Assembly (NCBI GenBank): GCA_044238145.1
Contig: JBIIDT010000005.1
Span: 4,938-68,937, forward strand
Reading direction: 5' to 3'
DNA: 64,000 nucleotides
Source of the DNA: Pirellulales bacterium
Lineage (GTDB): Bacteria > Planctomycetota > Planctomycetia > Pirellulales > UBA1268
Shown one piece after another: positions 61,237 through 64,000 of the stretch. Within the stretch, counting starts at the first letter, position 1. Each line of letters begins with the position of its first letter. The position numbers were made by a program, and so were the translations under genes. The notes beneath the pieces were generated by a model that saw nothing but the letters and a program-made list of their open reading frames with translations, was not told the DNA's origin and made no database searches.

Positions 61237-62388
61237 TTACCCGCCGGCGGCGGCCGGCTCACGGTCCGCGTCGATGTAGACGTCGACCTGCTGGCCGACG
61301 AACAGGGGCGGCCGGCCGGCGGGGTCGAACTCGTAGATCACCTGCAGGACGCGGGTGTCGACCCGTTCGGTGGTGTCGCCGGTGAGCGACTTCTTCGGCA
61401 CTACGAACGGCTCCACGCGGACGAACTCCAGCGGGTAACGCTCCTGCAGACTGCCGCGTGGAAACGCCGTGGCGGCCGCCTTCTGGTTGAACCGGGCGAT
61501 GTCGTACTCGTCGATGTCGACCCGGACGTGGAGCTTCTCGATGTCTCCGAGGATCACGAGCGGCTGGTTGGCCGGCGTGCCGACGAACTCGCCCGGACGC
61601 ACGTTCACCTGGAGCACGCGACCGGCCACGAGAGCCCGGACGACGAGCCGGTCGAGTTCGGTCTCGATCTGGCCGGCCTCGGCCTCCGACCGCTTGAGGT
61701 CGGCCCGCGAGACGTCGCGGTCGTACTGCCAGGAGCCCGCCTCGAGGAGGTCGAGGTCGGCCCGGGCCTTGGCGAGCCCCGCCTCCGCATAGGCCACGGC
61801 CTGCTGCTTGGAGACGAGGTCCTCGGCGGTCGTGACCCGCTGGGCGAAGGTCTCCTGGGCCCGCTTCAGCGCGTCCCGCTCACGGGTGAGCAGCGCCTCG
61901 GCCTCGCGCACGAGCGCCGCCTGGACCGGGATTTTCTCCGGCCGCGGCTCGGCCTCGAGCCGCACGAGGTCGCTCTTGGCCCGGTCGATCGCGGCCGACC
62001 GCACGGCGAGTTCGGCCCGCAGCTCCCGGTCGTCGAGGCGGAACAACGGGGCGCCAGGCTGGACGTCGTCTCCGACCTTGACGAGCACCTCGACGACCAC
62101 GCCCGGCGTCGCCGAGCCGACGGCGATGTTCTCGGTCTGGGCCTCGACGATGCCGGCGGCCGCGAGGGCGTCGGCATAGGGATTGACCGCCGGGGCCACC
62201 GGCGGCGTGGGATTGGCCGTCTGCGGCCGGCTCTTCCATACGAACCAGCCCGCGAAGGCGAGCAGGCCGAGGGCCACGGCCGGCAGCAGCCACTGGGTGA
62301 CCAGGTCGGCGAAAGTCCGCCGCCGGGCGAGCCGGCGGGGCGGCGGGGCCGCGCGATCGGTGTCCATGTCCTGGGAGATCGTCGCCAT
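61237..62388 (-). CDS. HlyD-family periplasmic adaptor (MacA/DevB-like membrane fusion protein)
   Basis: N-terminal TM, lipoyl-like VKVGDDVQPGAPLFRLD, a long coiled-coil hairpin (AELAVRSAAIDRAKSDLVRLEA...) and a beta-barrel part. Confidence 0.85.
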   Translation of the reverse strand: MATISQDMDTDRAAPPPRRLARRRTFADLVTQWLLPAVALGLLAFAGWFVWKSRPQTANPTPPVAPAVNPYADALAAAGIVEAQTENIAVGSATPGVVVEVLVKVGDDVQPGAPLFRLDDRELRAELAVRSAAIDRAKSDLVRLEAEPRPEKIPVQAALVREAEALLTRERDALKRAQETFAQRVTTAEDLVSKQQAVAYAEAGLAKARADLDLLEAGSWQYDRDVSRADLKRSEAEAGQIETELDRLVVRALVAGRVLQVNVRPGEFVGTPANQPLVILGDIEKLHVRVDIDEYDIARFNQKAAATAFPRGSLQERYPLEFVRVEPFVVPKKSLTGDTTERVDTRVLQVIYEFDPAGRPPLFVGQQVDVYIDADREPAAAGG

Positions 62389-62398
62389 GCGTTTCAGC

Positions 62399-63145
62399 CT
62401 ACCCGATCGGGCTGCCCTGGTGCGGGCCCGCCTCGACCGCCTCGATCCGGCCGTCCTCCATCGAGGCGATCCGGTCGGCGAACGAGTAGACCCGGGAGTC
62501 GTGGGTGACCACGATCACGGCCCGGTCCGGCTGGACGGCGAGCCGCTCGATGAGCTCCATCGTGATCCGGCCGTTCTCGGCGTCGAGAGCGCTGGTCGGC
62601 TCGTCGCACACGAGCAGCCGCGGCTCGTGCACGAGCGCCCGGGCGATCGCCACCCGCTGCTGCTGGCCGCCGGAGAGCTCGCTCGGCAGGTTCGCCAGCC
62701 GGTCGCCGAGCCCGAGCGACTCGAGCACGTCGGCCGCCTTCTCGACCGCGTCCCGCCGCCGCCAGCCCGCGATCAGGAGGGGCACGGCCGCGTTCTCGGC
62801 GGCCGTCAGGGCCGGCAGGAGGTTGTAGGACTGGAACACGAAGCCCACGTTCTCGCGGCGGAAGCGGACCTTGGCCCCGTTGGTCATGGCCGCGAGGTCG
62901 TGGCCGAGCACGGCCACCTCGCCGGCGGTGGGCTCGAGGGTGCCGGCGATGATCGAGACGAGCGTCGTCTTGCCGCAGCCGCTGGGGCCGACGAGGAGCA
63001 GCATCTCGCCGTACGGCACGTCGAGGTCGACGCCCCGCAGCGCGCGGGCCACGGCGCCACCCGTGCCGAACTCCTTCGTCACGCCGCGGACCCGGATCGC
63101 CAGCCCCGCCCCGGCGGGCCCGTTCGTGGTCGATGTGGTCGCCAT
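62399..63145 (-). CDS. ABC transporter ATP-binding protein (MacB/LolD/DevA-like)
   Basis: Internal ATG 63145. GPSGCGKTT (Walker A), FVFQSYNLLP, LSGGQQQRVAIARAL (signature), LLVCDEPTSALD (Walker B) and VTHD. Confidence 0.92.
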   Translation of the reverse strand: MATTSTTNGPAGAGLAIRVRGVTKEFGTGGAVARALRGVDLDVPYGEMLLLVGPSGCGKTTLVSIIAGTLEPTAGEVAVLGHDLAAMTNGAKVRFRRENVGFVFQSYNLLPALTAAENAAVPLLIAGWRRRDAVEKAADVLESLGLGDRLANLPSELSGGQQQRVAIARALVHEPRLLVCDEPTSALDAENGRITMELIERLAVQPDRAVIVVTHDSRVYSFADRIASMEDGRIEAVEAGPHQGSPIG

Positions 63146-63159
63146 CTCCGCCCTCCCCG

Positions 63160-64000
63160 TCAGCCGCGGAACACGATCGCCGGATCGACCACGAGCACCT
63201 TCCGGATCGACAGCAGGCTCGCCAGGAGCACGATCACGAACACCGCCACGGCGGTGATCGTCAGCACCTGCCAGGGCATGAAGAAGGAGAGTCGCGAGGC
63301 CCCCTTCACGACCTGGCCGAAGAGGGCGGCCAGGCCGACGCCCACACCGTAGCCGATGAGCCCCACCTGCAACGCCTGGGCGAGCACCATCCCCAGGATC
63401 GTCCAGTTGCTCGTGCCCATCGCCTTCAGGGCGCCGAACTGGCGGATGTTCTCCACGGTGAACAGGTAGAACGTCTGCCCGGCGATCGCGGTGCCGACCA
63501 GGAAGCCGAGGAGCACGGTGACCGCGAAGTTGACCGGGATGCCCGTCTTGGCGAGGTAGTAGCGGATCGTCTTGCGGAAGAACTGCTGCCGCGTCAGGGC
63601 CTGGAGGCCGGTCTGGGCCGTGATCCGCCGACATACCTCCTCGGCCGGCACGCCGGCCTCCGCCTCGGCGAGCACGAACGACAGCACCTTCCGCTCCGGC
63701 GGTGCGAAGGCGATCGCCTGGCTGTAGCGGGTGTAGACGATCGGGAAGCTCGTGAAGCTGCGGCTCGCCTTGGTGAGCCCGACGAGCACCGCCCGGCGGT
63801 CGTTCATCTCGAACACCCGGCCGAGCCGGTAGGGCTCGCCCGGCCAGATCCGCCGGTAGCCGGCGTCATCCATGATCACGGCGTCGGGTTTCCGCAGGTC
63901 GGCGATCGAGCCCATGAAGATGCCGGTGGGCGCGCCGATGAGGGTCGCGTCGTCGAGGCCGAGGAGCATCATCTGCTCGTACGTCCCCTCCTGGAGCCGG
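63160..64000 (-). CDS. ABC transporter permease, FtsX/MacB/DevC-like (5' end beyond window)
   Basis: C-terminal FtsX domain: RQFGALKAMGTSNWTILGMVLAQAL and four-helix pattern. The reading frame is still open at 64000. Confidence 0.85.
   Translation of the reverse strand, partial: RLQEGTYEQMMLLGLDDATLIGAPTGIFMGSIADLRKPDAVIMDDAGYRRIWPGEPYRLGRVFEMNDRRAVLVGLTKASRSFTSFPIVYTRYSQAIAFAPPERKVLSFVLAEAEAGVPAEEVCRRITAQTGLQALTRQQFFRKTIRYYLAKTGIPVNFAVTVLLGFLVGTAIAGQTFYLFTVENIRQFGALKAMGTSNWTILGMVLAQALQVGLIGYGVGVGLAALFGQVVKGASRLSFFMPWQVLTITAVAVFVIVLLASLLSIRKVLVVDPAIVFRG

Overview
High-GC (~70%) bacterial chromosome segment. It is most likely Planctomycetota, an inference from a DUF1501 plus DUF1549/DUF1553 gene pair, a CSLREA-like beta-helix giant protein with an N-terminal LESRALLA motif, and GT-C glycosyltransferases. 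Almost everything is housekeeping. The core is a minus-strand ribosomal super-operon (S10-spc-alpha, rpsJ to rplQ, 28.6-44.9 kb), followed upstream by an EF-G paralogue, argS, rsfS, coaX, obg and rpmA. Other recognisable genes are gyrA, a ugd fragment, pckA, ldhA, nadE, speA, aroB, a MATE exporter, a ParA-like ATPase and a MacAB/DevCBA-like exporter. I saw no rRNA, tRNA, CRISPR array, transposase or integrase. The many long ORFs antisense to or fused with real genes are treated as high-GC artefacts. Items worth a second look: (1) a 141-nt three-helix element between argS and the EF-G gene. (2) A micro-peptide followed by two paralogous pseudo-receiver proteins that lack the phospho-acceptor Asp, preceded by a 30/32-nt direct repeat. 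(3) A translationally coupled string of beta-helix giant (with an internal ~320-aa duplication), MEKHLA protein, glutathione peroxidase and esterase. (4) A lower-GC RHH-PIN toxin-antitoxin cassette set divergently against a near-consensus S10 promoter, with an operator palindrome over a probably leaderless start. (5) Ribosomal-operon oddities: a structured rpsJ-rplC spacer, a 53-68 nt rpsC/rplP overlap, a zinc-ribbon L24, long basic tails, and no infA, rpmD or tuf. All functional calls come from reading motifs by eye. No database search was run.
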